Assembly: GCA_001029735.1 (NCBI GenBank)
Contig: CP011213.1
Span: 204,087-268,086, forward strand
Reading direction: 5' to 3'
From: Berkelbacteria bacterium GW2011_GWE1_39_12
GTDB taxonomy: Bacteria; Patescibacteriota; UBA1384; UBA12157
Length of the DNA stretch: 64,000 nucleotides
Below, piece after piece: positions 49,279-59,087 of the stretch. Under the pieces are notes generated by a model. That model worked only from the letters and a program-made list of their open reading frames with translations, did not search any database and was not told where the DNA came from. Each line of letters opens with the position of its first letter. The stretch's first letter is position 1. Made by a program: the position numbers and the translations under genes.

Positions 49279-49755
49279 TTACTCGCTCCTGAAAAATTGC
49301 ATAAATGTACAATGACACTTTGGCCATCGACCATAATCAATACAAGTCTGCTTACAAGGTTCCCAAAAACCATTCTGGACTTCGTCCTTTCTTGGCTTGT
49401 GCCGGAAACCCAGCGCTTCAAACAAACGTGTTGATCTTGGATTGGTCAACGCAATAATCGGCTTATCTCCCATCAACTTTGCAGCTGTGACCGCCTCATT
49501 AATTAATCGACTGGCATAACCTCGTCTTCGATATTCTTCTCTGGTTACCACTGATCCGATTTCTAAATATCTTGGCCACTCGTAGATAGCCACAAAACAA
49601 ATGACCATACCATTCTCCGCAATTACGAAACCTCTGCCCTTTTGTATTGCCATATGGATTTCTTCGGCTTTCCTGGGTAGCATATTACTACGACTTGCTT
49701 CTGGATTGATCAATGAAGCTATTTGCTCCGCTATCTCTTTTTCATCTTCCGTCAT
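49279..49755 (-). CDS. GNAT family N-acetyltransferase
   Basis: EYRRRGYASRLINEAVTAAK acetyl-CoA binding motif A. Confidence 0.7.
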   Translation of the reverse strand: MTEDEKEIAEQIASLINPEASRSNMLPRKAEEIHMAIQKGRGFVIAENGMVICFVAIYEWPRYLEIGSVVTREEYRRRGYASRLINEAVTAAKLMGDKPIIALTNPRSTRLFEALGFRHKPRKDEVQNGFWEPCKQTCIDYGRWPKCHCTFMQFFRSE

Positions 49756-49766
49756 CTCGGCCTCTT

Positions 49767-50903
49767 TCAGGGTTGATATTTCTCCAAGAAGGCGACGACT
49801 AGTTGTCGCATCTTTTTAATACTGTCAAGACTCACTGACTCTTCTGGAGTGTGAGCATCTTCGACTCCGTCGCCTAAGGTCAAAACTTTGACCCCGGCAG
49901 CGTTCAAAGAGTTTGCGTCACTAACGCCACTAACCTTCTCGCAAGACGTCACCACATCGTTTTCTTTATAGATATCTGAGACGAAGTTCACCCAGACATC
50001 ATCAGGTGTATACGAATAACCCGGACAATATCCATCAGTGGAAAACTCGATTTTGACAGCGTTTCCAACGATAACATTTCTCGCCTGTTGTTCGATTGCA
50101 TCAAGGTGCTTATCGAATAAAACTTTGTCAAAACTTCTAACCTCTCCAGATATCACAGCCTGGCCCGGAACCGCATTTACCACAGTCCCAGCATTAACCA
50201 GACCAACGTTTATAGTTGTCTGATCATCATCCAGCTTACCGATCCTTACCGATTGCAGGAACTTGGCCACTGGCTCCAAGACACTGATTCCCTTTTCAGG
50301 CGTGCTCGCATGTGCACTTTTGCCCTTAAACTCAATAACGAAATTGATGATATGTGGCGAAGCGATAGTAATGCCACCTATTGGCTTAACCATGTCAAAA
50401 ATGATGCCATGCTTTGACACGATCCTTTTTGCGTCAAATAATTCAACGCCACCGCCTGTTTCTTCTTTGACCGTAAATAGCAGTTCAATCGGTCGAGGAT
50501 TTTCAGTTTGTTTTAGATAATCTTCGACTCCAATCATAATGGCTGTCATCGGAGCTTTGTTGTCAGCCCCTAAAATCGTCGTTTTACCATCACTTTTGAA
50601 GACACCGCTTTCGAGAACAGGCTTTATCCCACAACCAGGGTTAACTGTGTCCATATGGGCACAGAAAAGCAATGGGTTGCCAGTCCCTGATTTGGTCGCA
50701 AAAATGTTACCAACCATATCTTGAGAATAGTCAAAACCGCTCTGCTTAAGCCAGTATTCCAAATATATCCCTAACTGAGCCTCTTTTCCGGAAGGGCTAT
50801 CGATTTGGACCAAGGTCATGAACGTTTCGAAAAGTCTAGATTCAATCGAACTGATTTCCATTATATTCTCCTTTGTTAAAGTGCGCCTGTGCGTCGGCTT
50901 CAC
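49767..50903 (-). CDS. M20/M42 family peptidase
   Basis: CAHMDTVNPG and further metal-ligand motifs. Confidence 0.65.
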   Translation of the reverse strand: MKPTHRRTLTKENIMEISSIESRLFETFMTLVQIDSPSGKEAQLGIYLEYWLKQSGFDYSQDMVGNIFATKSGTGNPLLFCAHMDTVNPGCGIKPVLESGVFKSDGKTTILGADNKAPMTAIMIGVEDYLKQTENPRPIELLFTVKEETGGGVELFDAKRIVSKHGIIFDMVKPIGGITIASPHIINFVIEFKGKSAHASTPEKGISVLEPVAKFLQSVRIGKLDDDQTTINVGLVNAGTVVNAVPGQAVISGEVRSFDKVLFDKHLDAIEQQARNVIVGNAVKIEFSTDGYCPGYSYTPDDVWVNFVSDIYKENDVVTSCEKVSGVSDANSLNAAGVKVLTLGDGVEDAHTPEESVSLDSIKKMRQLVVAFLEKYQP

Positions 50904-50933
50904 TTTAACACATTTTTCTATACCTGTAAAGAA

Positions 50934-52046
50934 TTAATTCCTGGGTTTTACACCCATTCCTGGCTGTTGTGGTACAAAAAATCGGTAATGTTCGACCTTT
51001 AATCCGCTAAACGGATCATTTTTTATCGTTTCTGGCTTTGTTAAATCAAAGCTGGCGAAGTTTCCTAGCGTGGCTAGATTTAAATTGGCAGCGGTACCAA
51101 GTTGAGAATGGATCATATCGCCCAGCATATATTTGATCTTATTTTTTTCGCAAAATTCAATCATTCTGAGTGCTTCAAAAATTCCGCCCGTTTTTGCTAA
51201 CTTAATATTTACAAGATCTACTGATTTTCTAAAATAAAGATTTTTTAAATCCTTTAGATCATGACAACTTTCGTCAGCCATGATCTTCAATTTGGATTTC
51301 TTTTTAAGAATAGATAGTCCTTCAAAATCAGCGTGAAAAATTGGTTGTTCAATCCAAGCAATGTTTTTGTGAAATTTTTCTAATTTTTTGATAATCGGCA
51401 AAGCTGTTTTTACGTCTTTCCAACCTTGATTGATATCAAAAACCAGTTTTATCTTTGGATATTTTCTGACTAATTCCTCAACTTTCGCTAATTCCTTATT
51501 GATGTCTTGGCCAAATTTTAATTTAATTATTTTAGCTTCGTCTTTAAAAGCATGTTCTAATTCAAGGTTAAATTCCTGAGAATTGAGATCGTTATACGTA
51601 AAAACTTGTTGAGCCGTGACAAATTCCAATGGTTTACCACCTAAGAGCTTCCAAACCGGTTGCTTTTTATATTTTCCCAAGAGATCGAGTAGCGCCATTT
51701 CAATACCAGCCTTCAGAGAACTGTTATCATAAATATAAAGATTTAATTCATCCATTAATTTTTCAATTGTTTGAATATTTGTAAATTTTTTTCCGATTAA
51801 AATTGGCTTAATGTACTTTAAAAGACCAAGAGCACCTTCTTGGGTTTCTCCGGTTACATCCCACGCAATTCCTGCCTCCCCAAAACCGACAAAGCCACTT
51901 TGGGATTCGATTTTGATTAATGCGTAATGCAATGTTTCAAGCTTCGCCGTAAAGTAAGTGAATGGCTCAGCCAATTTTAAATTGTATTTTTCGAAACTTA
52001 TATTTTTAATTATCATTATTTTCTCAATTCTAATTTGGGGGCTGGC
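50934..52046 (-). CDS. enolase-superfamily dipeptide epimerase-like protein (annotated ORF to 52187 has a spurious N-terminal extension)
   Basis: MR/MLE-family KxK and metal-ligand pattern (KLKFGQD..., LVFDINQGW). Start likely at MIIKNISFEKY. Confidence 0.55.
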   Translation of the reverse strand, partial: ASPQIRIEKIMIIKNISFEKYNLKLAEPFTYFTAKLETLHYALIKIESQSGFVGFGEAGIAWDVTGETQEGALGLLKYIKPILIGKKFTNIQTIEKLMDELNLYIYDNSSLKAGIEMALLDLLGKYKKQPVWKLLGGKPLEFVTAQQVFTYNDLNSQEFNLELEHAFKDEAKIIKLKFGQDINKELAKVEELVRKYPKIKLVFDINQGWKDVKTALPIIKKLEKFHKNIAWIEQPIFHADFEGLSILKKKSKLKIMADESCHDLKDLKNLYFRKSVDLVNIKLAKTGGIFEALRMIEFCEKNKIKYMLGDMIHSQLGTAANLNLATLGNFASFDLTKPETIKNDPFSGLKVEHYRFFVPQQPGMGVKPRN

Positions 52047-52071
52047 CGGGAAACCCCGGCCAGCACAGGAT

Positions 52072-52773
52072 CTACTCCTTCTTGAAGTAGAGACCATTAT
52101 GATCGACATGGATACCGGCATGACCGGTAAGGATGAGTGATGCAATCTTTTGATGCGCCTCAGCGTCGTGAGGACTATTGAAGTCAATCGGTACTAAGAT
52201 AGTACCTTCATGAATAGCCCCTATCGGTGGGAAGTCAGGCGAAAGCTTTTTCGACAAAAGCAATCGATTGTCTTTCGTCGGATCTTGGCCATAAAAGCCA
52301 GAGAGATAATCAAGGACTTTGTGCCCTAACCCAGTCATGACCCGCAGGCTGGCATAGTTTTCGATACGGATTGTCATTTCCATGACCTTCATACCCTTCG
52401 TTATAGCCAGCAACTCATGCTCTTTTGCTAACCTTCTCCCCAAGCCATGACCCTGATGGTCAGGGTGGATCGCAATACCATAGCAATAGCAGGTAGGACT
52501 TTCGAACTCATGCGGCAGTATGTCGGTAGATATAGATTCAGTTAGAATCTGAGATTCGCCCACTAATTCATCGTTCTCATTATAGAGCAGGATAACATAG
52601 CCGTGTTTGTGAATCTCTACCAACTCTTCCTGAGTAATGCCGTGATGAGAGCCGAAAGCGGCGTCATCAACTTGTTTTGCCAAACCCAGGTCTTGCAAGC
52701 TGCAAGCCAGTCTCATGTAGTAAGGCTTACCTCTTTGCAAGAAATATTTCCTGTCAGAAATGATAGTCATCAA
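52072..52773 (-). CDS. GNAT family acetyltransferase
   Basis: GHGLGRRLAKEHELLA motif A-like. Confidence 0.5.
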   Translation of the reverse strand: MMTIISDRKYFLQRGKPYYMRLACSLQDLGLAKQVDDAAFGSHHGITQEELVEIHKHGYVILLYNENDELVGESQILTESISTDILPHEFESPTCYCYGIAIHPDHQGHGLGRRLAKEHELLAITKGMKVMEMTIRIENYASLRVMTGLGHKVLDYLSGFYGQDPTKDNRLLLSKKLSPDFPPIGAIHEGTILVPIDFNSPHDAEAHQKIASLILTGHAGIHVDHNGLYFKKE

Positions 52774-54002
52774 GTGCCCCCCTCCAGAACTCTTTTCAGT
52801 TCTTCTTTCGTTGTTTCTTTGGCAATGTAGATTACTTTACCAAGGACTACACCGCTGGCTTCAACCTTCAAATCTGGACGACTTTGACAAAGTTTTTCTT
52901 CAAAACCATCTGCCAAGTTCGGCGCCAGTCGGCGGATGCCGTCCAAGTCCTTCATCCCGTTGCCGGTAAAAGAAACCATGACTTTGTCTTCAGGTTTGAA
53001 GAAATCGTTATCTTTCATCACTGAGGCCAAGCCCATAATTCCTGTTGGTTCCGGAATGACTCCACGACTGATCAAATTCTGGTCTAGATTCAGACATCGA
53101 TATGCTTCCGCAAGGTTATCGTTTAGAAGCCCGCCCAAAGGCTGACCATCTGACAATTTCATTGCGTGAATCAACTGCGGCATACTATAACTAGCGACCG
53201 CAATTGAACCTTCAGCAGCATCGATTAATGCTTCCTCTTCCAAAAAATCGTTATGCTCGTGGATCATCAAATCGTTTGCAAACGCTTGGGATACCGGAAA
53301 AGCTCCACTCATACCCACAGGAAGAATCTTTGGCATAAACCTTCCTAGCTCTTGATAAGCCAGGATAATCCCTGCCAAATAGCTGCCGTTACCGGCGCCA
53401 GCCAAGATGTAATCCGGCTGAATGTCATTGGTACTTAGATCCTCCACTATAGGAGAAAATCCAGGGAGTAATTCTTCGTTACTCACGTTGGCATTGTAAA
53501 CCCCATCCAACACAAGGTCGGCTGATAGACGATAGACGTCTTCGAATATCGCATCGTTTAGCGCCACTACCGTCACATTTTCCATGGCCGCTAGGTGTGG
53601 GATTTTACTTGAAGAAGAGGGTGTGAAACAGATCGCATCAAGGCCCTCAAGCGCCGCGTATCTGGCTAGAGAAAACGCATGATTACCACAAGAAACAACC
53701 ATCACTTTCCGGTAACCAGCTTCTTTAGCCAGCTTTACAGCGCGCTCAGTGCTATAGTCTTTCATACTGCCCGAAAGATTCTGTCCCTCGTCGCGAATCC
53801 AGACTTTTTCGACATTTAACGTTTCGGCTAAGATTTCAGATTCGTAAATCGGAATCTTCATCAAGTTCCTCGATTGAGGGACATTGTAGGAGTTTGGCCA
53901 CATCATACCGTAACCACTAAATTCGGGGTGATAAACCTGTTTATGTACCTCAATAAATGTGTAGCTTACCAAACGATTGCACAATAAACATACAAACTGC
54001 AT
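52770..54002 (-). CDS. PLP-dependent fold-type II enzyme (threonine synthase/cysteine synthase-like)
   Basis: SGSMKDY... lysine region and Gly-rich loop typical of the PALP domain. The exact start is uncertain. Confidence 0.5.
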   Translation of the reverse strand: MQFVCLLCNRLVSYTFIEVHKQVYHPEFSGYGMMWPNSYNVPQSRNLMKIPIYESEILAETLNVEKVWIRDEGQNLSGSMKDYSTERAVKLAKEAGYRKVMVVSCGNHAFSLARYAALEGLDAICFTPSSSSKIPHLAAMENVTVVALNDAIFEDVYRLSADLVLDGVYNANVSNEELLPGFSPIVEDLSTNDIQPDYILAGAGNGSYLAGIILAYQELGRFMPKILPVGMSGAFPVSQAFANDLMIHEHNDFLEEEALIDAAEGSIAVASYSMPQLIHAMKLSDGQPLGGLLNDNLAEAYRCLNLDQNLISRGVIPEPTGIMGLASVMKDNDFFKPEDKVMVSFTGNGMKDLDGIRRLAPNLADGFEEKLCQSRPDLKVEASGVVLGKVIYIAKETTKEELKRVLEGGT

Positions 54003-54044
54003 TTTCCGGTCCCCCTTTCATCCATGTCGAATTTTCAACGTACA

Positions 54045-54237
54045 AAACAAAAACGACCTTTCAGGTCGCTTGGTAGAATTCGTTTTAAATTTATTTAAAA
54101 GCTACGAGTGCTATCAAGCAACCAAAAGTGATAAATCAAATTACGACGACGAATATTTAACAAGTTCATGATCTTACTCTACATGAAAAACCCCGATTTG
54201 TCAACGTTAAATAAAAACCCCGGAATTAACCGGGGAT
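54045..54237 (-). terminator. two minus-strand terminators about 145 nt apart (54213-54237 and 54045-54070)
   Basis: Minus strand CCCCGGttaattCCGGGG+TTTTTATTT and CGACCtgaaaGGTCG+TTTTTGTTTT. The spacer could be a short transcript. Confidence 0.5.
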
Positions 54238-54738
54238 TTTCGTCAGGTTGAATGTTGCAATGGGAAAGAAATCTCCAGTTGCACTTGTCGCATACTGGGA
54301 AATCTCCAACAAATCTCGGAAACAATCAAAGGCTTGAAGGCCGTTAAACAGGAGGTTGGATCCGACAATATTCGTAAATCCAGGTGCGTCTTTTTTATAG
54401 ACACCGATGAAATCTGTGTCTGTGCCATGTCGACGCAAGAGAATCATTGGCTGATCGGAACGCGTAAACGTCACGTCATGTAACTCTTCTTGTTTTTCAG
54501 CAATCTGCATGTCCAGCTCGGCAAGATAGGCCTCCGTAATAGCCACATCCTTTCTTTGAGAAAGATGCAACAACATACTTTTAGCCGATTCAGCCGTTTC
54601 AAAAGGTGTTATACCATTGATCGCCAATGGTTCGTAAATGTTCTCCTCACCTACGGTCGCTCGCCCAAAAATAATTTGAGCAAATCCAACCATCATCTGG
54701 GCTTTAGCCACGCCCACAAAACCTCTGATTCTTTCCAT
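54226..54738 (-). CDS. hypothetical protein
   Basis: No motif. The C-terminus overlaps the terminator hairpin at 54213-54237. Confidence 0.3.
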   Translation of the reverse strand: MERIRGFVGVAKAQMMVGFAQIIFGRATVGEENIYEPLAINGITPFETAESAKSMLLHLSQRKDVAITEAYLAELDMQIAEKQEELHDVTFTRSDQPMILLRRHGTDTDFIGVYKKDAPGFTNIVGSNLLFNGLQAFDCFRDLLEISQYATSATGDFFPIATFNLTKIPG

Positions 54739-54838
54739 TTGCGGAGCCCCCTTTCTGAATTCTATCGATTGGAAGTATTCATTTTACATCAAAAAATAGC
54801 AAAAAGTCAAACATCTCTCATTTTTTGCTATTTATTTT

Positions 54839-56647
54839 CTAAATATCTTCTGCCATCTTCATAGGTTTGGCCAACGGCTTTAGTTTTTCTTTATCTTGCG
54901 GCACTTCTTTTTCTAATTCAACCACAGCTTCCTTAGAAGCATAATCAGGCAAAGTAAACGTAAAGGTGGAACCCTTGCCTTCACCCTCTGAATCCGGCCA
55001 AATGCGGCCATGGTGCAATTCAACCAGCGCTCGCGAGATGTACAAGCCCAAACCAGTCCCCTGCGATTCCTGAGTTGAATAATTACCAACGCGATGAAAC
55101 TTTTTGAAAAGCCGTGGTAATTCTTCTACTGGAATCCCAATGCCCTGATCTTTAATTTTAATAACCAATTGATTGTCTCCAACCAATTGTCGATAATGCG
55201 GATCAACCGCAGAATTAATCGCCTCCTGATCGTCTAAAGGTCTGGATTTAATTTCCTCTTCCAACTGATCCCATTTTTGCTGAATCTGAGCCGTTGGCAC
55301 TTTTTCCACCGTAACTGTAATTGTCCCAGGATCTCTGGAGTATTTAATAGAGTTACCGATAATATTAACCACAACTTCTTTGATTTTATCCGCATCGGCA
55401 TATGTCGCCCAAGGAATTGTGGCCGTATTTTCAAAAACGACTTTTTGCTTGCGTTCGTCAGCCTTAAATTTAACTTCGTCAATAACCTGGTGAATTAATT
55501 CGGTTAAGTTTACGTCCATTTTTTCTACCAACAAACGACCTTCTTCAATACGACTAATATTCAACATGTCGGCAATAAGTCTGGCCAATCGTTTAGCCGA
55601 TTTATAGACATTGTCCAGATATCGCAAAGCTTTCGGATCATCTACCCGAGCCATTTTTTCATCGAGCAACATAGACAAGTATCCTTCAATAGCTGAAACC
55701 GGAGTCAAAAGTTCATGAGAGGCCAAAGAAACAAATTCCGTCTTCATTTCGTCGAGTTCTTTCAAATGGTTGTTTGCTTGAGCAAGCTGAGTGGTTAACT
55801 CTTGAAGTTGTTCCTTTTGCTTGATTTCATGCTGAACAGATTTAATCAAATAGAGCCCGCCAACAAGAGCCAAGACAAAAATAAGTCCTCTAATTATGAA
55901 ATTGCTTAAATCGGAAGAAGTAAGAACTTGTATAAATAAAGCTAATAAAACAGAAAATGTTCCAATTTCAGTAGCAATGACTTTTATATTTAGTAGTTTG
56001 TATTTGAGAATGGCGTAAGCTACTAGTAGAGCATAAAGTGTTATTAATATATTCCCCCATGGCTGGATATCCACATCAAACCATAAAAAATAATTGGTAA
56101 GACCACCACCGTAACCCAATATAGTTCCCCACAATACAAAAGATATCTGTGTTTTTCTTAAGCCAGTATTTACCTTAAATTCTTTAAACAAAAGATATAG
56201 ACTGTACAGTACAATTAATACCCAAATGCCTAAAAATGGGCCAAATAAAGGACCGGCAGTTGGCCAAAATTCAAAATTAAGTCGAGATCTAACATCTAAT
56301 ATAAAATATGATGAAAAATTAATAACAAAAAACAAACAAGAAATTATCAAAAAAAATATTATTAAAGGTCTGTTGTATTTTTTCTCTAGAAACTTATATA
56401 TAAACCTAATATAGAAAACTGGGATAAATATAGCACCAGCCATTAGACTTCTACACCAAAACAGTGCTTCATCAGAACTATTTGAAATTTGCCAAATAAA
56501 ATACGAGAAACTCCACCATGTTATGGCAATCGTGTACAAAAAAAATGCTCTATTTACAGTCCCTTTCGTGTCTTTAAAAAAGACTATAGAACCTAGTATC
56601 AAGCTACTTATTGTGTTTACTAATGCAGCAATGGCAAAATATGTCAT
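54839..56647 (-). CDS. sensor histidine kinase with N-terminal multi-TM sensor domain
   Basis: About 7 TM helices, HisKA (FVSLASHELLTPVSAIEGY) and HATPase_c (GTGLGLYISRALVELHHG). Confidence 0.8.
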   Translation of the reverse strand: MTYFAIAALVNTISSLILGSIVFFKDTKGTVNRAFFLYTIAITWWSFSYFIWQISNSSDEALFWCRSLMAGAIFIPVFYIRFIYKFLEKKYNRPLIIFFLIISCLFFVINFSSYFILDVRSRLNFEFWPTAGPLFGPFLGIWVLIVLYSLYLLFKEFKVNTGLRKTQISFVLWGTILGYGGGLTNYFLWFDVDIQPWGNILITLYALLVAYAILKYKLLNIKVIATEIGTFSVLLALFIQVLTSSDLSNFIIRGLIFVLALVGGLYLIKSVQHEIKQKEQLQELTTQLAQANNHLKELDEMKTEFVSLASHELLTPVSAIEGYLSMLLDEKMARVDDPKALRYLDNVYKSAKRLARLIADMLNISRIEEGRLLVEKMDVNLTELIHQVIDEVKFKADERKQKVVFENTATIPWATYADADKIKEVVVNIIGNSIKYSRDPGTITVTVEKVPTAQIQQKWDQLEEEIKSRPLDDQEAINSAVDPHYRQLVGDNQLVIKIKDQGIGIPVEELPRLFKKFHRVGNYSTQESQGTGLGLYISRALVELHHGRIWPDSEGEGKGSTFTFTLPDYASKEAVVELEKEVPQDKEKLKPLAKPMKMAEDI

Positions 56648-56704
56648 AAAAAACTCCGACTTGTTGTATATAAATTATACACAACAAGTCGGAGTTATAC
56701 AAAG

Positions 56705-57571
56705 TCAGGAGATTACACCCCTAACTATCGAGAAGATACCATGAGGCTCTGTATAAAACTTTGCCTCTTCTATTCCACCCTCTCTGATAATGCGCTTGAA
56801 CTCTGGTAACGGCCGATAGATCATATCCCAATCAGCAATATCAGCCAGAAAATACATTTCAGAGTTGGGATGGATATGAGCTGACACAAGAACCGCTCCA
56901 CGAGTAGACATGGCTTCAATACTATGAATAAGTCGGACTATCATGCTGTCTTTGAGATAGTCGAAAAGTCCAACTATTTCAACGATATTTGGCTCAAAAT
57001 CCTTAGCAGTCGATCCTGGGCGAACTAGGTTTCCTTTGCGCCATTCAATGTTCTTTATACCATATTTAACAGCCAACTTCTTGCTGTATTCGATTGCGGT
57101 TTCATCAACATCTATCGCCAGAACTGAAACATTTTCATCGATACCTTCGATCGCTTCAAATACACTCTGAGCTGATCCACAAGCCAAAGAAAGTATCCTT
57201 GCTTCTCCATCAGTTCTGATCTTTTCAAGCACAGCTTCTCGGATTAACTTAACCACAATCTGTTTTCTGTTTCTAAGTGCTTGAGCGGATCGAACATTCA
57301 TCCAGAAGTTTTCAAGGATTCCCCAAATACCTTTTTTAGAAGGGCACCAGTTGTAAACAGCCTCAAGAGCAGGCCATCTTGCTGCCCCTTTGCGAACCTG
57401 CATTACAAACTCACTATACTTGTCGTAAAACCACGCATAGTACTCCAATTCACTAACTGATCTGAGCTTTTTCCATCTCACCCACCGTGCAAAAATCAGC
57501 GTAGGAATATAGAATAAGATGTACAACATTATCTTGTATTGAAACCTATAACCTTCAGGTCCTCGTTCCAT
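56705..57571 (-). CDS. class I SAM-dependent methyltransferase with N-terminal TM
   Basis: Motif I ILSLACGSAQ and motif II LAIDVDETAIEY. Confidence 0.5.
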   Translation of the reverse strand: MERGPEGYRFQYKIMLYILFYIPTLIFARWVRWKKLRSVSELEYYAWFYDKYSEFVMQVRKGAARWPALEAVYNWCPSKKGIWGILENFWMNVRSAQALRNRKQIVVKLIREAVLEKIRTDGEARILSLACGSAQSVFEAIEGIDENVSVLAIDVDETAIEYSKKLAVKYGIKNIEWRKGNLVRPGSTAKDFEPNIVEIVGLFDYLKDSMIVRLIHSIEAMSTRGAVLVSAHIHPNSEMYFLADIADWDMIYRPLPEFKRIIREGGIEEAKFYTEPHGIFSIVRGVIS

Positions 57572-57844
57572 TTTCCCCCACCTTTCCTATATTTTCAAAC
57601 TGCATCCGCATGAGTGCGGAATGAGTGTTTTTGAGCATTTTGCATACTCCAAAATCACCCATAATGTTACCATAAAAATAGGTAAAAGTCAAGGGTTTAG
57701 AGCACATTATTTGTTAGAGTATTGTTTTGATTATACTTTTATTTTGTCTGCCGGACATTTTTTTAGTAACATTAATTTAAGAAATGTCCTCATCTACTTG
57801 AAGCCGCACAACTTTTATCCTTCATGACTTTAAAAACTAGATTT

Positions 57845-58150
57845 TTAGACTTTTTCTAGCTTGAGTACCCTATCAGAGAGATCGTCAACAAATTTAATTT
57901 CGCTTTTGGCTAAAGTTTCCACTCGATTTAATGAAATCTGCAAATCATCAATTTTTTCCTCCTGTCCGTCAAGTCTTTCATCAATTCCATCTAGTCTTTC
58001 ATCAATTCCATTAAACCTTCCATCGATTATTTTAAATTGTTCATCATGTTTTTTTAGGGTATCTTTAATCTCTTGCATCTGCGGCAAAACAATCTGTTCT
58101 AAAACCTCTCCCATTATTAACCTAACATCCTTTTTATCTTCATTGGTCAT
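57845..58150 (-). CDS. small coiled-coil protein (annotated ORF to 58234. Start probably MTNEDKK at about 58150)
   Basis: IDERLDGIDERLDG repeats. RBS GAGGGAG plus ATG at 58150. Confidence 0.3.
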   Translation of the reverse strand: MTNEDKKDVRLIMGEVLEQIVLPQMQEIKDTLKKHDEQFKIIDGRFNGIDERLDGIDERLDGQEEKIDDLQISLNRVETLAKSEIKFVDDLSDRVLKLEKV

Positions 58151-58193
58151 TTTATCTCCCTCATAATTTCCGAAATTAAGCACCCTGGCTTTA

Positions 58194-58220
58194 ATTATAA
58201 TTTGCTTTGCAAATTTCCAC
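58194..58220 (-). promoter_or_regulatory. GGAAATTTG-N5-CAAATTATAAT element upstream of 57845-58150
   Basis: Minus strand GTGGAAATTTGcaaagCAAATTATAATTAAAG. A second partial copy, CGGAAATTAT, lies 16 nt before the ATG. Confidence 0.45.
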
Positions 58221-58318
58221 AAATTTTTCCTCAAAATTTTCGTGCCAAACAGCAGCGAATAGGGTTAAGAATTCTTGTACTAAAAAGGGAGAACTGACAA
58301 GCTCTCCCATACAGGTTC

Positions 58319-58561
58319 TCATGATTTTGCCACCATATAGGCGTCAATTGGCGCCCATACGTAGACAATGAGCAGCAACGGAACGCCGAGGATGGCGCCG
58401 ATTAAAGTGGAAGTTAGTCCCCACCCAAACAACGCCATGATCAGGAAGGCAATCCCTTTTCCAACTGACCCAGCATAGAATTGCCCAGCGCCAGGCCAGA
58501 GGATTGAAAGGATTGCTGCTACTATCGTGCTCTTTCCTTCTTTCTGCAACCAAATCACCAC
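58319..58561 (-). CDS. TM2 domain-containing small membrane protein
   Basis: LWPGAGQFYAGSVGKGIAFL matches the TM2 domain core. Confidence 0.4.
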   Translation of the reverse strand: MVIWLQKEGKSTIVAAILSILWPGAGQFYAGSVGKGIAFLIMALFGWGLTSTLIGAILGVPLLLIVYVWAPIDAYMVAKS

Positions 58562-58625
58562 CTTTTAAAACAGAATTATAACAGTGTCACATTGGGGAAT
58601 CGTGAGCTTGTTAGCTCCTTCTCAT

Positions 58626-58934
58626 TCACTTGCGTTGCATCTCTATTCTCATGGTACCATCCTGAACCACTAGCTTCCCGCTTGGGCTCAGTTTGGCCTT
58701 GACTGGGTCGCGGCCGCCGGCCATCGACATCACAATATGATCGCCTTCGGCGTGCCATTCCACCTTGTCGCCATGACCAGGTGCACCCTGAAATCCAGTG
58801 CCGTCTTTGTAAAGCGCAATTTCACCACCACCAGGAATTTGCCAATTACCGACATACTTTGACCTCGGGGACGAACATCCCACGATAACAACAAGAACAA
58901 CTGCGGATAAAAGTAATACCACTAAGCGTTTCAT
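58626..58934 (-). CDS. small lipoprotein (GC-rich)
   Basis: Signal peptide with lipobox LVIVGC. About 50% GC, unlike its surroundings. Confidence 0.4.
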   Translation of the reverse strand: MKRLVVLLLSAVVLVVIVGCSSPRSKYVGNWQIPGGGEIALYKDGTGFQGAPGHGDKVEWHAEGDHIVMSMAGGRDPVKAKLSPSGKLVVQDGTMRIEMQRK

Positions 58935-59087
58935 ACTTTACCTCCGACATAGATTTTCTTTCTTGGCTCAACAGCCGCCCATACTATACGCTTAACTCAT
59001 CAATAAGTCAACCCCCTTACCCCAATTTACCGATGCGCTTTCGTAGTAAATAGATTTGCGGTAAAATTAACAAATGGATACTTAATT

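Noticed and set aside
50934-52187. Apparent 116-nt overlap between the epimerase ORF and the GNAT ORF 52072-52773
   Set aside because: The first 47 codons of the annotated epimerase ORF (MTSIVLTTLRRIKRL...) look non-genic. The start is more likely MIIKNISFEKY at about 52046, which removes the overlap.
57600-57800. Inverted repeat GGACATTT-N21-AAATGTCC and hairpin CCGCAtgagTGCGG in the 57572-57844 spacer as terminators or sRNA
   Set aside because: Neither is followed by a convincing U-tract on either strand. They were kept only as unassigned secondary structure.
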